Below are positions 38,401 through 53,800 of a stretch of 64,000 bases of DNA, one piece after another (the first letter of the stretch is position 1; each line of letters starts with the position of its first letter). Below the pieces are notes generated by a model, which saw only the letters and a list, made by a program, of their open reading frames with translations, had not been told where the DNA came from and searched no databases. The translations under genes were made by a program, and so were the position numbers. This stretch comes from Leucoraja erinacea (taxonomy: Eukaryota): positions 16,864,001 through 16,928,000 of the forward strand of contig NC_073384.1 in assembly GCF_028641065.1 (NCBI RefSeq), written 5' to 3'.

Positions 38401-41400
38401 GCGTGTGCACAGCACCTTAACCAGAACGAACGAACAAACAAAACAATTAAACGCAGAAGAGGATTCTAAAACTAGAGTGCACCCGCACACCAGTTCCCAC
38501 TTTGTTCTCCCACTGTCCCTCAATGCAATCCCCCCCATGCCGGGTCCCCATTGTTCTTTGCAACAGCCCTCACTTTCCTTGGCTCCTACTCTTTCCCTGG
38601 TTACCCTCTTACTCTAATACAATTGTTCAATCCTTGGGATGTTTCTCAATTTTGACTGCCAGATATTTTTTCTTGTCCCTTTCCTCTCCTAATTTATATT
38701 TAAAGTAGTCTTTTGCTCTCTCTATATCCAAGTGTCTCTCCTGTTTTCATTTGCCTATGCCTGCCAAATGCTTCCCTTCACTTCATCAAATGTGGGTGCT
38801 ACGTTAGTGCATGAAGACTGCTGCCTCACAGAGCCAGGGACCTGGCTTCAATCCTGACCTCAGGTGCTGTCTGTGTGGCGTTTGCATGTTCTCCCTGTGT
38901 GACCACATGGGTTTCCACTGGGTGCACCGGTTTCCCCCCGCATTCCAAAGACGTGCGCGTTTGTAGGTTAGTTGGCCTCTATAAATTGCTTCCATAGGGA
39001 GTGGATGAGAAGTGGGATAATATAGAACTAGCGTGAACAATAGACAATAGACAATCGGTGCAGGAGTAGGCCATTCGGCCCTTCGAGCCAGCACCACCAT
39101 TTAATGTGATCATGGCTGATCATCCCCAATCAGTACTCCGTTCCTGCCTTCTCCCCATATCCCCTGACTCCGCTATTTTTAAGAGCCCTATCTAGCTCCC
39201 TCTTGAAAGCATCCAGAGAACCTGCCTCCAGAGGTAGAGAATTCCACACTCACCACTCTCTGTGAGAAAAAAAGTTTCCTCGTCTCCGCACTAAGTGGCT
39301 TACTCCTTATTCTTAAATTGTGGCCCCTGGTTCTGGACTCCCCCAACATCGGGAACATGTTTCCTGCCTCTAGCATGTCCAAACCCTTAACAATGTTTCA
39401 ATGCGATCCCCTCTTAACCTTCTAAACTCCAGAGTGTACAAGCCCAGCTGCTCCATTCTCTCAGCATATGACATTCCTGCCATCCCGGGAATTAATTATC
39501 TGGATGAGGGAATTGAATGCAACATCTCCAAGTTTGCGGATGACACGAAGCTGGGGGGCAGTGTAAGCTGTGAGGAGGATGCTAGGAGGCTGCAAGGTGA
39601 ATTGGATAGGTTGGGTGAGTGGGCAAATGCATGGAAGATGCAGTATAATGTGGATAAATGTGAGGTTATGCACTTTGGTGGCAAAAACAGGAAAGCAGAC
39701 TATTATCTGAATGGTGGCCAATTAGGAAAAGGGGAGATGCAACGAGACCTGGGTGTCATGGTACACCAGTCATTGAAAGTAGGAATGCAGGTGCAGCAGG
39801 CAGTGAAGAAAGCAAATAGCATGTTTGCATTCATAGCAAATGGATTTGAGTATAAGAGCAGGGAGGTTCTACTGCAGTTGTACAGGGTCTTGGTGAGACC
39901 ACACCTGGAGTATTGCGTACAGTTTGGGTCTCCAAATCTGAGGAAGGACATTCTTGCCATAGAGGGAGTATGGAGAAGGTTCACCAGACTGATTCCTGGG
40001 ATGGCAGGACTTTCATATGAAGAAAGACTGGATAGACTCGGCTTGTACATGCTAGAATTTAGAAGATTGAGGGGGGATCTTATAGAAACTTACAAAATTC
40101 TTAAGGGGCTGGACAGGCTAGATGCAGGAAGATTATTCCCAATGTTGGGGAAGTCCAGAACTAGGGTTCACAGTTTAAGGATAAGAGGGAAGTCCTTTAG
40201 GACCGAGATGAAAAAATCTCTGCCACAGAAGATAGTTGAGGCCAGTTAATTGGCTATATTTAAGAGGGAGTTAGATGTGGCCCTTGTGGCTAAAGGGATC
40301 AGGGGGTATGGAGAGAAGGCAGGGATGGGATACTGAGTTGGATGATCAGCCATGATCATATCGAATGGCGGTGCAGGCTTGAAGGGCCAAATGGCCTACT
40401 CGTGCACCTATTTTCTATGTTTCTATGTTTCTAACCTTGTAAACCTACGCTGCACTGCCTCAATAGCAAGAATGTACTTCCTCAAATTAGGGGACCAAAA
40501 CTGCACACAATACTCCACATGTGGTCTCACTAGTGCTCTGTACAACTGCAGAAGGACCTCTTTGCCCCTATATTCGATTCCTCTTGTTATAAAGGCCAAA
40601 ATGCCATTCGCTTTCTTCACTGCCTGCTGTACCTGCATCCTTACTTTCATAGACTGATGTACAAGGACCCCCCAGATCCCGCTGTACTTCCCCTTTTCCC
40701 AACGATGCCATTTAGATAGTAATCTGCCTTCATGTTTTTGCTACCAAAGTGGATAATCTCATATTTATCCACATTAAACTTCAGCTGCCATGCATCTGCC
40801 CACTCCCCCAAACTGTCCAAGACACCCTGCATTCTCATGGCATCCTTCTCACGGTTCAAACTGCCACCCAACTTTGTGTCATCTGCTAATTTACTAATGT
40901 TACTGAATCCCTTCATCCAAATCATTGATGTATATTGTAAATAGCTGCAATCCCAGCACTGAGCCTTGCGGTATCCCACTAGTCACTGCCTGCCATTTTG
41001 AAAGGTTAATCCCTACTCTTTGTTTCCTGTCTGCCAATCACTTCTCTATCCATGTCAGCACCCTACCCCCAGTACCATGTACCCTAATTTAGCCTACTAA
41101 TCTCCTATGTGGGACCTTATCATATGCTTTCTGAAAGTCCAGGTACACTCCATCCATTGGCTCTCCCTTGTCCATTTTCCTAGTTACATCTTCAAAAAAT
41201 TCCAGAAGATTAGTCAAGCATGATTTCCCCTTCGCAAATCCATGCTGACTCGGAATGATCCTGTTACTGCTATCCAAATGTTCGGCTATCTCATCTTTTA
41301 TAATTGACTCCAGCATCTTTCCTACCACCGATGTCAGGGTAACTGGCCTATAATTCTGTTTTCTCTCTCCTGCCTTTCTTAAAAAGTGGGATAACATTAG

Positions 41401-44400
41401 CTACCCTGCAATCCACAGGAACTGATCCTGAGTCTATAGAACATTGGAAAATTATCACCAATGCATCCACGATTTCTAGAGCCACTTCCATAAATACCCT
41501 GGATGCAGAACATCAGACCCAGGGGATTTATCAGCCTTCAGTTCCATTAGTCTATTCAACACCATCAAACGGGTAATCAATGGTCGGCATGGGCTCCGTG
41601 TACCGAAGTGCCTGTTTCCATGCTGTACCACTACATGGCTAAACTAAACTAAATCCTCAACGCCTCTGGTGGCTTTGTGTTCCCTCATTCTACTATCCTT
41701 ACTTTTCACTTCTCCAGGATTGTTAGCTCAAACTGCACAAATCTCATTATTAGAAGACTCCCGCTATTTGTATGTTGTTTTACCTACAACCAAATGCTCC
41801 CAATCTACTTCCACCAGGTGCTGTCTTATTGAAATCGGGCTGCCCCAATTTAGGACCTTGTCCTCCGCGCCAATTTTCTCCCTTTCCACAACTGTCTTGA
41901 AACTTAAAGCAAAATATCATCAATAAAATAACACCAATAAAATAACACCAATAAAATGATCCATTGTTAATAAGAAAATTTCCTGGAAGAACTCAGCCTG
42001 TCAGGCAACATATGTGGACCAGTCTGGACCCCAAACTTCAACTGTCCATTTCCCTTACCAGTGGTTGCCTGATCTACCGAGTTCTTCCTGCATTTTGTTT
42101 ATTGCTCCACATTGAAGTATCTGCCATATCTTGTGTCTCCATGCTCCAGGGAGACTGCTACCATTAGCCCAGCCTTATTTCCCAAGATTAGGTCCAGTGC
42201 AGCTAATAGGACTATCTACACATTGGCTGAACTCTCCCGGGTGCACTTTACTAATTCTTCCCCATTTAAACCCTTTGCACTAATGCACTCTCAATCAATA
42301 TTGGAGAAGTATAAATCCCCCACCATTATAACCCTATTGCTCGTGTATTGGATGTGGACCATTGGCTTAAAGATTGATCTGCAGTACAATTCTGCTCCCA
42401 ATTGGGGAGATTTGTAGGGAGGATGCAGTTGTAAGAGAAACAGAGTGTAACAGCAAGAACTTTCACCATCTACGACCCATGATGTCTGCGCTGAACATGC
42501 CGCCTACTTAAACTAATCTATTCTGCCTGCACATCCCTCCATTTCCTGCATATTTACTTGCCTATCTATAAGGATCTTAAATGCTACTATCGTATCCACA
42601 ATCACCACTGACAGTACATTCCAGGTGCCTAAATATAGCCACAAAAACGGCTTTGTATCTTCTTTAAATTTTTCTCTTCTCACCTTAAACCCAATGTTTA
42701 AGAGTGGCACGGTGGTGCAGCGGTAGAGTTGCTGCACAGAGCTTACAGCGTCTAAGACCCGGGTTTGATCCTGACTACGGGTGCTGTCTGTACCGAATTT
42801 GTACGTTCTCCCCGTGACCTGGTCGGTTTTCTCCGAGATCTTTTGTTTCCTCCCACACTCCAAAGTCATATAGGTTTGTAGGTTAATTGGCTTGGTAAAA
42901 TTGTCCCTAATGTGTGTTGGATAGTGTTAATGTATGTATAATCAGCTGGATCTTCTGGCATAATTCTTCACTGTCCACAATCCATACATTTTTGTGTTAT
43001 TTGTAAACGTACTGGCATAGGAGCTGAACCCCACTGATCTCACTCTGCTACATGTCCTTCACCTTGTTGAATATTGATGCAAAGTACTCCTTTAGTACCT
43101 CACCTGCATCCTCTGACTCCAAGCATAAAATCCATCCTTTTGTGCTGTGTGATCCCATCTTCTCGTTAGTTACCCACTTGTTTAAATGTGTGTCTAAATG
43201 CCTTGGGATTGTTGTTAATTCTGTTTGTCAAGGGCATTTCATGAACTCTTTGGTCATCCTACTTCCCTGCTTTAGTTCCTTCCTGCTTTCTTTATATTCC
43301 TTAAAGTTCCTGTCTGATTTCATCTTCCTACATATTACAAATGCTTCCGTTCCCATTTTGGCCAAATTTACAACGTTTTGCTGTCTGCTTCCCATTCTTT
43401 CCCTTCTCCTTATGGAAGTCTGAAGTAACCCCAGCATTCCCTCTCTCTCTCTATCCCTCCCCCACCCAGGTCACACCAGCTTCTCGTTTTCACCCGACAA
43501 ACAGCTAACAATGGCCTGTTTCCTTTATCATCGTTATTTTTTGCATATCTTTCATTCATTGTTCTTTATCTCTCTACATCATCATCTATATCTCTAGTTT
43601 CCCTTATGCGTAACTAGTCTGAGGAAGGGTCTCGACCCGAAAAGTTACCCATTACTTTTCTCCAGAAATGTGGCCTGTCTTGCCGAGTTACTCCAGCTTT
43701 TTGTGTCTATCTGCGGTTTAAACCAGCATCTGCAATTTCTTCCTACTCATACCAGTCTTGAACTTTTGTCTTCAAATGACTCCCACGTTAGACCAAAGAG
43801 CAGCTGCTCCAAAATTACTCCCTCTAACTGGTGACCAAAAGTGTTGTAATTTGCTCCCCCCCAGTCCAGACATATCCTTATTCAGAACTATCTTAAAAAT
43901 CTAATGGAGTTGTGAACACTGTTCCAAAAATGTTCTCCCACTGAAATGCCAATCACCATTACCACTACCTGACCCTCTACTGCCCGCAAATGGAGATCTA
44001 GCAAAAACCTAAAACTAAATAAATATCATATCATAAGATCATCAGTGATCATAAGTGATCGGAGCAGAATTAATACATTCGGCCCATCAAGTCTACGCCA
44101 CCATTCAATCATGGCTGATCTATCTCTCCCTTCCAACCCCATTCTCCTGCCTTCTCCCCATAACCTCTGACACCCGTACTAATCAATATTGTTATCCGGA
44201 TGAGAACATTTTTAGTAAGCCTGGAAATAGGTAATGAATTAGTTTAACAACTGATATAGAACCTATACAGTATGTAGGAGCTACAGATATCAAAGCTATC
44301 AAAGAGGCCATAACTTGCAGCTTAATGTTCCAGGTTTTTGATGTTTCAGGTGTGGTAGAGAGGGAGGTAAATGTACTGGAGGAGTTGCACTATTAACTGA

Positions 44401-47400
44401 TGAAGGTTAGGCAGTGGATGTTGTAGACATGGATTTTAGTAAGGCTTTTGATAAGTTCTCTCATGATAAGCTGATCCAGAAATGTAAGATGTCTGGATTT
44501 CACGATGACTTGGTCATATGCATTCAGAAATGGCTTATTCATAGAAGACACAGGGATGTGGATGGAAGATATTCTGGCTGGAGGTATGTGACTAGTGGGA
44601 ATCTGCTATTCTAAGCCAATGTCCTTTGCCACAATTACTCTGTGGGACAATGTGGAACCGACAGAGGTGGGAGATGAGGACAAGTGGAACCCTATCTTTG
44701 TTCTGGGTGGACGGAGAGGGATTGAGAGCAGAAATGTGAGACTTGGTACATGAACAGTTGAGAGTCTTGTCAGCAAAGGAGATAGAGAGCTCAGTAATAT
44801 GGCTTGAAGATGGCAACTCCTCCCTCATTGTCAGTAATGATGATGATGAAACATTTGTGGATATTGCCTCCATTTAATTTGCAGAAAGGATTTCATTAGG
44901 TTCCAAAAATGTGAACACACAAAATATGAAGTAACTTTGTAAAACAAGAGACAGAGAAGTTCCATGATTCACTGAGTGTGTCAAATGGCAATCCTTGGTA
45001 ATCCTTAGGGATCTGCACTTTTAACCAGATGGGAGAATTCAGAGTTATATATGAAAGTAAAATCAGATCTGAAGGAAAATCCTGGAAGCATTTAGCGGGT
45101 CAGACAGCAAAGTGGCGAGTGAAACTCAGTTCATAGTTTAGACAGTGACCGGATGTTCACACTTGTTCACGTGACGTTCCATGTTTACAGACACGACTGA
45201 ATTAGGAAGCAGAGGATGTCGTGCAAATTACAAAGATACAGATAGAGGCATTGAGTGGCCAGACTATGGAAGATGGAAATTATTGAGGGAAAATATGTCG
45301 ACATATATTTTAGATCCGTCAATATCAAACCACTCTATCTTCTTAACGCGTGTCATCCCAGTTATTTTGAACATCGTTTGATGGTATATGTAAATTCATT
45401 ATTCATGTATCCCAATCTATCATTCATGCCAGAGTTACCTTTACACACCATGAATTTTAAACAATACTCTTATCTTTTCAGGATCATCCAGTGACAAGTT
45501 GCTCTCTAATGCCAATCCCAAAGGAGTGGTGGTGTGCTCTGATCCAGAATGCCCAGATGCCATCATGGGGTTCAGCTAGAAGGAGTTAACCAAGTTGGCC
45601 CTGCCCAAAATCTATCACTGTGTATAGGAAGGAACTGTAGATGCTGGTTTACACCGAAGGTAGACACAAAATACTGGAGTAACTGAGCAACTCTAATGTT
45701 TCAGGTGATGTTTCAGGTCGAGACCCTTCTTCAGAGCCACAGAGGAGGAGCAGCCAGAAAGGCTGTTGCAGAACTCCCATCAGAGGAGAACCTCTTCGAG
45801 ATAGGCATACCTTGAGGAGATTTCGCAGTGGACCAGACAAAGATTTTTGGAAGGAACTGCAGATGCTGGCTTACACCAAAGATAGACACAAAATGTTGTG
45901 GTAGCTCAGCAAGTCAGGAAGTATCTTTGGAGAAAAGGAACAGATGTCATTTTGGGTTGAGACCCTTCTTCAGGCACGAAGAAGCTCTGAAGTTGGTCTG
46001 AAGAAGGGTCTCGACCCGAATTGTCACCTATCCATTTCTCCAGAGATGCTGCCTGACCCACTGAGTTACTGCAGTATGTTGTGTCCATTGATGACTTCAC
46101 ATTTCTCTGAATTGAATTCCACATGCCACCCAATCAATGGACAATCTAGTGCTGCCCTCCAGTGGCAGCAAACATTCTTCTTCACTATCAGTAACACTGC
46201 CAATTTTTGATATTATCTGCAAGATTCATAAATTTGGTATTTTATGTTCAAATCAAAAGAATCATTTCTAAAGCTCACAAGAAGCAAGAGGCTGGGGAGA
46301 ACCAATCCACAGAGCCTTCCATTCAAAAATTCTCTCAGCATCCGTCATCCTGTTTCACTCAAGCAGCTACTTCTCAACCCCTCCCACTCTGCTGATATTT
46401 CTCCCCACATCATGCCTCTAATGCTCTAATCCAAACCCTGTGTTTTGATCCCTCAACAAAGAGAAGTAGGTAATTCCTATCCAGGCCCCTCAAGCTTCCC
46501 TCACCATTCAATATGATCATGGCTGATCAGCCCAGAACTCATCTCATCCTCTGTGCACAATCGACCTCAATCCTCCCGATCCCTCAAAAGGTTGTCTACC
46601 TCCACCTTAAGTACTTTAAATTGTCTAGCTTCTACAACTCCCTGAGGCAGAGTTTAGTGTAGTTTAGAGATACAGAGCGGAAACAGGGCCTTCAGCCCAC
46701 TGAGTCCGCACCAACCAGCGATCCCTGCACATTAACACTATCCTAAATAAACTAGGTACAATTTACACTTAAACCAAGGCAATTAATCTACACACCTGTA
46801 TGCCTTTGGAGTGTGGGAGGAAACCGAAGATCTCTGAAAAAACCCATGCGGTAACAGGGAGAACGTACAAACTCTCTACAGACAGCACCCGCAGTCGTGA
46901 TCAATCCAGGTCTCTGGCGCTACTAGCGAGGTAAGGCAGCAACGTGCCACCCAATTTCAGAAATTCACTACTCTCTGCAAAAATGTCTACACACCTTAGT
47001 GTTTTAAATAAGCAAGCATTTATTGTAATGTTTTATGTTCCCTCAGTTTCTCTCAGATTCTCTCACAAGTGCAAACATCTAAGCATCTACCCCATCACGC
47101 CGGGATCACCAGCTGATGTTGGAATAAAAGAGACCAGAGATGATCGATACTGTACGTGGTAACTTTTAGTAGCGATCTGTATGATTGGTCAAACGGAGAT
47201 TTGCCGTACATGGGAAGCTTTAAGTTATCTATGATGAAGAAATGGATAGAGATAGTGAAAATACACCAACTCCCAAAGAAGGAGGAAGCAGGTGATAAAC
47301 AAAGAGGAAAATAAGGGTCATGAGTCTAGAACACAAAAGCAGGTGGTAGTGTTGTCATTTATAGTTGTACTGCTGTATATAATTTTAAGATTAAAGGACA

Positions 47401-47791
47401 AAATAACTCTTACGTCCCTCTGGAGTAACAGCAAGGGAACGCCCAACAGAGATGGTATCCAGTCCCGCACTGATATTTTTATAATCTGTAGAACAGACCC
47501 ACTGCCGTTACTGGGAAGACAGGCTCTGTGCACTGCAGATGATATGTTTATGGAAGTACAGGTACCTCAAATTCAGACCCATCAATTGTTAATTTAATTA
47601 ATAAGGAAAAACAAGGTCAAAATGCGCCCATCCTATTCTGTTGGCAATTGAGTAGCAATCCGTACAGTCAATTGGTCAGCAGACTTCATTGAGCTCTGCA
47701 AAGACTGCAGAATCCAAAAGGCCAGTATTTACAGTATCTTGTCAAAACCAGCTGAGAAAATAAGCAAATGCGTTGCATGGCATTAAATACG

Positions 47792-47833
<42 letters not shown>

Positions 47834-50800
47834 TCCCAGGTACCAGGAATTATTTTGTTGACACATCAGACATGTTTTTGCAACTGTTATACCTGGTGCA
47901 TATCATTGTTGGAACAATGCGAATGTCATCCCCCCCTTTTCCATGATGTGAGCCATCAGGGTGGACCCAGACAATAGGGTCTTGCTGCTTTGCTCCTGGA
48001 ATTATTTTCCTGGAGTGATACTAGGCTTTGGGCATCCTGTAACTGGGCCAGATCAATGCTAGCCGGGAGCTTTCCTTGTGCAGCAGACTCAATTTTAGTT
48101 GCTTGGAATTGCGGCATTTTCCTGAGGGCAACCTGTTTGGTGACATAATCAGCTGACCTATTTCCATTGGATACATCATCGTCCGACGATGTATAAGCCT
48201 CGCATTTAATGACTGTGATCTGCTGTGGCAATTGGATCGTATCCAGTAAAATCTAAAACCAGTTTATCATGCGTAATGGTCTTTCCCGTTAATGTGATGA
48301 ATCCTCTATTTTCCCATAACTGCCCAAAGTCATGTACAACCCCAAATGCAGAGCGAGAATTGGTGTAGATATTAGCATCTTTTGCCAATATGCACACATG
48401 AGCCAGGGCATACAGCTCAGCTTTTTGAGCAGACTTTCCAGACGGTAAAGCATATGCCTCCAGCACTTGGTGGGGCGCAATCACCGCATAGCTTGCTGTT
48501 AATCTGTTATCGCTAGGTCGGTGTGAAGAGCCATCAGTAAATCGGACCAAGTCAGGATTATCAATCGGATGATTCTGTAAATCCAGCCGGAGAGCAGAAG
48601 TGGCATCTATAAATAATAAACAATCATGATCAGATCCTTCTCCTGGACGTGGTACAAAAGTACCTGGCTTTACAGCAGGCGATCGCTGGTAAGTATAGTT
48701 AGGATGTTACTAAGCTCTCTATCTGTATACCGTACAACTTTTTTACCACCTACTCACTGTGTTGCCACCTTCAGGGAGCTATGGACTTGGACCCCAAGAA
48801 TCCTCTGTACATTAATGATCCTCTTTTAGTCCTACTTTCAATCTGAAGAAGTGTCCCAACTGAAACGTCACCCATCCTTTTTCTCCAGAGATGCTGCGTG
48901 ATCAGCTGAGTTACTCAAACACCTTGTGTCTTTCTCTGCCATTTACTTTATTTGTTCCTGTTACATTTGACCTCTGAAGTGCAGCATCATACACTTCTCT
49001 GTATTGAACTCCATCTATCATGCCTCTGCCAAACTATCCGATTGATCCAAATATTGCTGTATCCATGAGGTCCAGGTTCAGGAGCAGTTTCTTTCCGACA
49101 GCTATCAGACTATTAAACACTACACCCTCCAAATAAGCTCTGAACTACATAGACCTGGGGGCATTGGTTTTGTTTTTTTGCACTATTATNNNNNNNNNNN
49201 NNNNNNNNNNNNNNNNNNNNNNNNNNNNNNNNNNNNNNNNNNNNNNNNNNNNNNNNNNNNNNNNNNNNNNNNNNNNNNNNNNNNNNNNNNNNNNNNNNNN
49301 NNNNNNNNNNNNNNNNNNNNNNNNNNNNNNNNNNNNNNNNNNNNNNNNNNNNCTGGAGTAACTCAGTGGGGCAAGCAGCCTCTCTGGAGAGAAGGAATGG
49401 GTGAATTTTCAGATCGAGACCCTTCTTCAGATGCGATGTTTCAGGTCGAGATCCTTCATCAGATATATATGTACATATACACGCACTGAACCTTTTTTTC
49501 TCGTTTATTATTTTGTTTACAGTATACTTTGTTTACATATTCTGTTGTGCTGCTGAAATGAAGAAAGTTGTTCTATCTGGGACATATGACAATAAAACAC
49601 TCTTGACTCTTGACATCTATCCTGCACTGCAATAAACAATCTGGTTGATGGGCGCAATGGTGGATAGTCTGCCACGATTTCTCCTGAATTTCCCCAACAC
49701 TTTGAGAATGTTTAAACTTTTCCTAGCACCCTAGTTACCTAAAGACAGAGACCTTACAATCCAAATTTTGCAACATGTTTCGAAATAACGGTGTTCCTCA
49801 TTGCTTAAATACAACTGCAATAATAGTTAGAGAAAGGAACTTGCAAGTCCATTTTAACTCTTGAACTTCTACAGATATACAATTGAGAGCATATTGACTG
49901 GTTGCATCAGGGTTCGGCCACTCAAACACCCAGGAGTGAAGAAGATTGCAAAAACTGGTGAACGCTGCCCAGTCCATCATCGGTTCTCCCCATATCAAAG
50001 GAATTTACAGGCATCACTGCCTCAAAAAGGCAATAGACAACAGATAATAGGTGCAGGAGTAGGCCATTCGATCCTTCGAGCCAGCACCCCCATACAATGT
50101 GATCATGGCTGTTCATCCGCAATCAGTATCCCGTTCCTGCCTTCTCCCCATATCGCCTGACTGCTATCCTTTAGTACCCTATCTAGCTCTCTATTGAAAG
50201 TATCCAGAGAACTGGCCTCCACCACCCTCTGAGGCAGAGATTGCACAGACTCACAACTCTCTGTGAGAAAAAGTGTTTCCTCGTCTCTGTTCTAAATGGC
50301 TTGCACCTTATTCTTAAACTGTGGCCCCTGGTTCTGGACTCCCCCAACATAAGGAACATGTTTCCTGCCTCTAGCGTGTTTAAACCCTTAATAATGTTAT
50401 ATGTTTCAAGAAGATCCACTCTCATCCTTCTAAACTCCAGAGTATGCAAGCCCAGCCGCTCCATTCTCTCAGCATATGACAGCCTCACCATCCCGGGAAT
50501 TAACCTTGTAAACCGACGCTGCACTCCCTCAATAGCAAGAATATCCTTCCTCAAATTAGGGGACCAAAACTGCACACAAGACTCCAGGTGTGGTCGCACT
50601 AGGGGCCTATAGAACGGCAGAAGGACCTCTTTCCTCCTATATTCAACTCTTGTTATGAAGGCCAATATGCCATTCGCTTTCTTCACTGCCTGCTGTACAT
50701 GCATGCTTACTTTAATTGACTGATGAACAAGGACGCCCGGATACCATTGTACTTCCCCTTTTCCCAAGTTGATACCATTTAAGATAGTAATTGCCTTCCT

Positions 50801-53800
50801 GTTTTTGCTACCAAAGTGGATAACCTCACATTTATTCATACTAAACTGCACCTGCCCACTCACCCAACCTGTCCAAGTCACCCTGCATTCTCATAGCATC
50901 CTCCTCACAGTTCACACTGCCACCCAGCTTTGTGTCATCTGCAAATTTGCTAATGTTACTTTTAATCCCTTCATCTAAATAAAGCCAGCATCACTACCCT
51001 GGCCACACGCGCATTTCACTCCTGCCATCAGGAAGAAGATATAAGATCCTGAAAATTGTAAATGTCCAGGTTCAGGAACAGCTTCTTCCCTGCACCCATC
51101 AGACTATTAAATATTACATCCTCCAAATAGGCTCAGAACTACATAGACTTGGGGGCATTGGTTTTGTCTTTTTTTGTATTATTCATTTGCAGATATTAGT
51201 TAATGAGTTAGAGCAGTCCATAGGGAGCAATTGGTGTCTGTAAAAAGCATTTAGAGACACCAAATGTGACAAAAGGCTCATAAAGACACAAGGGTGTTGG
51301 AAGAAACTGCAGATGCTGATTTACACCAAAGATAGATACAAAAAGCTGTAGTAACAGGGAGCATTTATGGAAAATTAGGTGACATTTTGGGTGAGACACA
51401 TCTTCAGACCAAAGAAGGGTCTCGATCCGAAACATCACCTATTCCTTTTCTCCAGAGATGCTGCATGACCCATGGAGTTATTCCAGCTTTTTGTGTCTAT
51501 TGAGACACAAATGTTTGGCACTGCATTAAAGATTAGCTGGAATTGTGGAAAGCATCCTAGCTAGATGCATCACAGCTTGGTTTGGCATCGTCTACCCAAG
51601 ATGGCAAGAATGTGGAATTGTGGATTACAGTTTATCACAATTCATCCACCCTCTCCCATCGACTACAACTACACTTCATGCTGCCTTGGGAAGGCAGCTA
51701 ACATAGTCAAGGATCTTTTTTACCCCAGTTATTCCCTCTTCTTCCCTCTCTCTTCAGGCAGAAGATATAAAAGCTTGAAACTACATACCACCAGATTCAG
51801 GAACAAGCTCTTCCCCACTGTTATCAGACTACTGAACAGAACTCCCTTAAGCTGGGGTGTAGGCCCGATCTTCCAAATTATCTCATTGCCGATCTTAAGA
51901 TTTTTTTCTCTGTAACTTCAAGAACCAGAGGACATAGATTTAAGGTGAGGTGGGAAAGATTTACCAGGAACCTGAGAGGCAATGTTTTTTCACAAAGGGT
52001 GGTAGGTGTATGGGAGGAGCTGCCAGAGGAGGTAGCTGTGGCATTATCACAATGTTTCAAAAACATTTGGACAGGTACTTGGATAGTATGTATGGAGGGA
52101 TATGGGCCAAACAGAGGCAGGTGGCACTAGTTTAGATGGGGCATGTTGGTTGGCATGGGCCAGTTGGTCAGTATGACTATAACTGTAATGCTATCATGCT
52201 GTGCTCTGGTAATTTTCTCTTTGCACTACCTGTTGTACTTGTGTGTGACTGGAGTGTACTCATGGAAAGTGTGATTTGTCTGGAAACAAAGCTTTTCATT
52301 ATATCTCAGCACACATGACAATACTAAACCCACACCGACTTGCCTTCATTGGTCATAGTGTTGAGTATGAAAGTTGACAAGTCATGTTGCAGCTTTATAA
52401 AGCCAATCAGGCCTCATTTAGTATTATGTGCACTTCAGGTCGCTCCATTACAGAACAGATGAGGAGGCTTTGGTGATGGAGCAGGAAAGGTTCACCTGGA
52501 TCTGTCTGTGTATCAGCTATAAGGAGAGGTTGGACATCAGGTTTTGTTTTCTCTGGGGCATTGGGGACTGAGGGTTGACCTGATAGTTTATAAAATGATG
52601 AGAGGCGTAGATAGAGTAGATGAACTGTCCTTTTTGAGAAAGAAACATCAAATATTAGAGGACAATGCTTTAAGGGTGAGAGGGCGAAAGTTCAAAGGAG
52701 AGTTACAAGGTCATTATTTTTGCACAGTGGTTCTGCTAAAGTAAATGGTGAAAGTAGATATGAGAGAATGTTTCAGAGGAATTCAGAAAGACATCAACAG
52801 GCAGGGAATAGAGGGACACCTACAATGTGCAGGAATTGTGGTTAGTTTGGGATTAAGCAAAACTCTTGATGAGTTTAAGGACTCAGTACACAAGAAGGGA
52901 ATTTAGAGTTCAAGAAGAGGACATGGGATAGCTTTGGCAGGTAAGTCAATTAGAATCCTAAGAGATTCTGTAAGTACAGTAAATGGAGAGCAAAAGAGTA
53001 AAAAGTGAGAGAATATGTCCATTTAAGGAGCAATGTAGTCATCTATGCTTGGATTCTTAAGCGGCATATGAGGTCCTAAATTAATATTTCTCATTGGTAC
53101 TTACTGTGGAGGAAGTCGAGGAAGCTAAGGAGTTGTGGAATAAACACTGGAAGATCCAGTAAAGTAAGTCAGTTGTTTGAGGTTGGTCGTGAGTAAAGGC
53201 AACAGTGGCATGATATAGGGATACCTAAATAATTAATACATATATACCAGCTAACAATGTCACTAAATAGCCTTTTGATAAAATGCATTGATGTTGATGG
53301 ATCTAAATTATATGTTGACAGATTTTCCCCTCAATAAATCCCATCTTTCACAGTCTGACCACAATGACTTACCCCATGACTGTGAGGGACATAGATAGGA
53401 TGAAAGCACACAGTCTTTTTTCGCAGGGGAGGGTAATCAAAAACAAGAGAGCATAGGTTTAAAGTGAGAGGGGAATAATTTAATAGGAAGTAGAAGGGCC
53501 TGTAGGTGGTGTTTTGTACATGGAACATGCTGACAGAGGAAGTGTTTGAGTCATGTGCAATTCAACATTTATCAGGCATTTGGACAAACACATATAGGAA
53601 ATGGTTTGAGGGATGTGAACAAACATGGGCAAATGTGACTAGCTTTGATAGGGCATCTTGGTCGGCACAGATAGGTTAGACTGATCCTAGTTCTACATCA
53701 CTCCATATCACCATCTATATTCCTCATTTCCCATTCCCCTTACTCTCAATCTGAAGAAGGGTCTCGACCCAAAACGTCACCTATTCCTTTTCTTCAGAGA

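Noticed and set aside
49070-51185. Similar sequence at 49070-49189 and 51065-51185 near the N gap suggesting misassembly
   Set aside because: The copies are clearly diverged members of a Rex1-like 3' end family, not an identical overlap; a missing exon inside the gap cannot be fully excluded.
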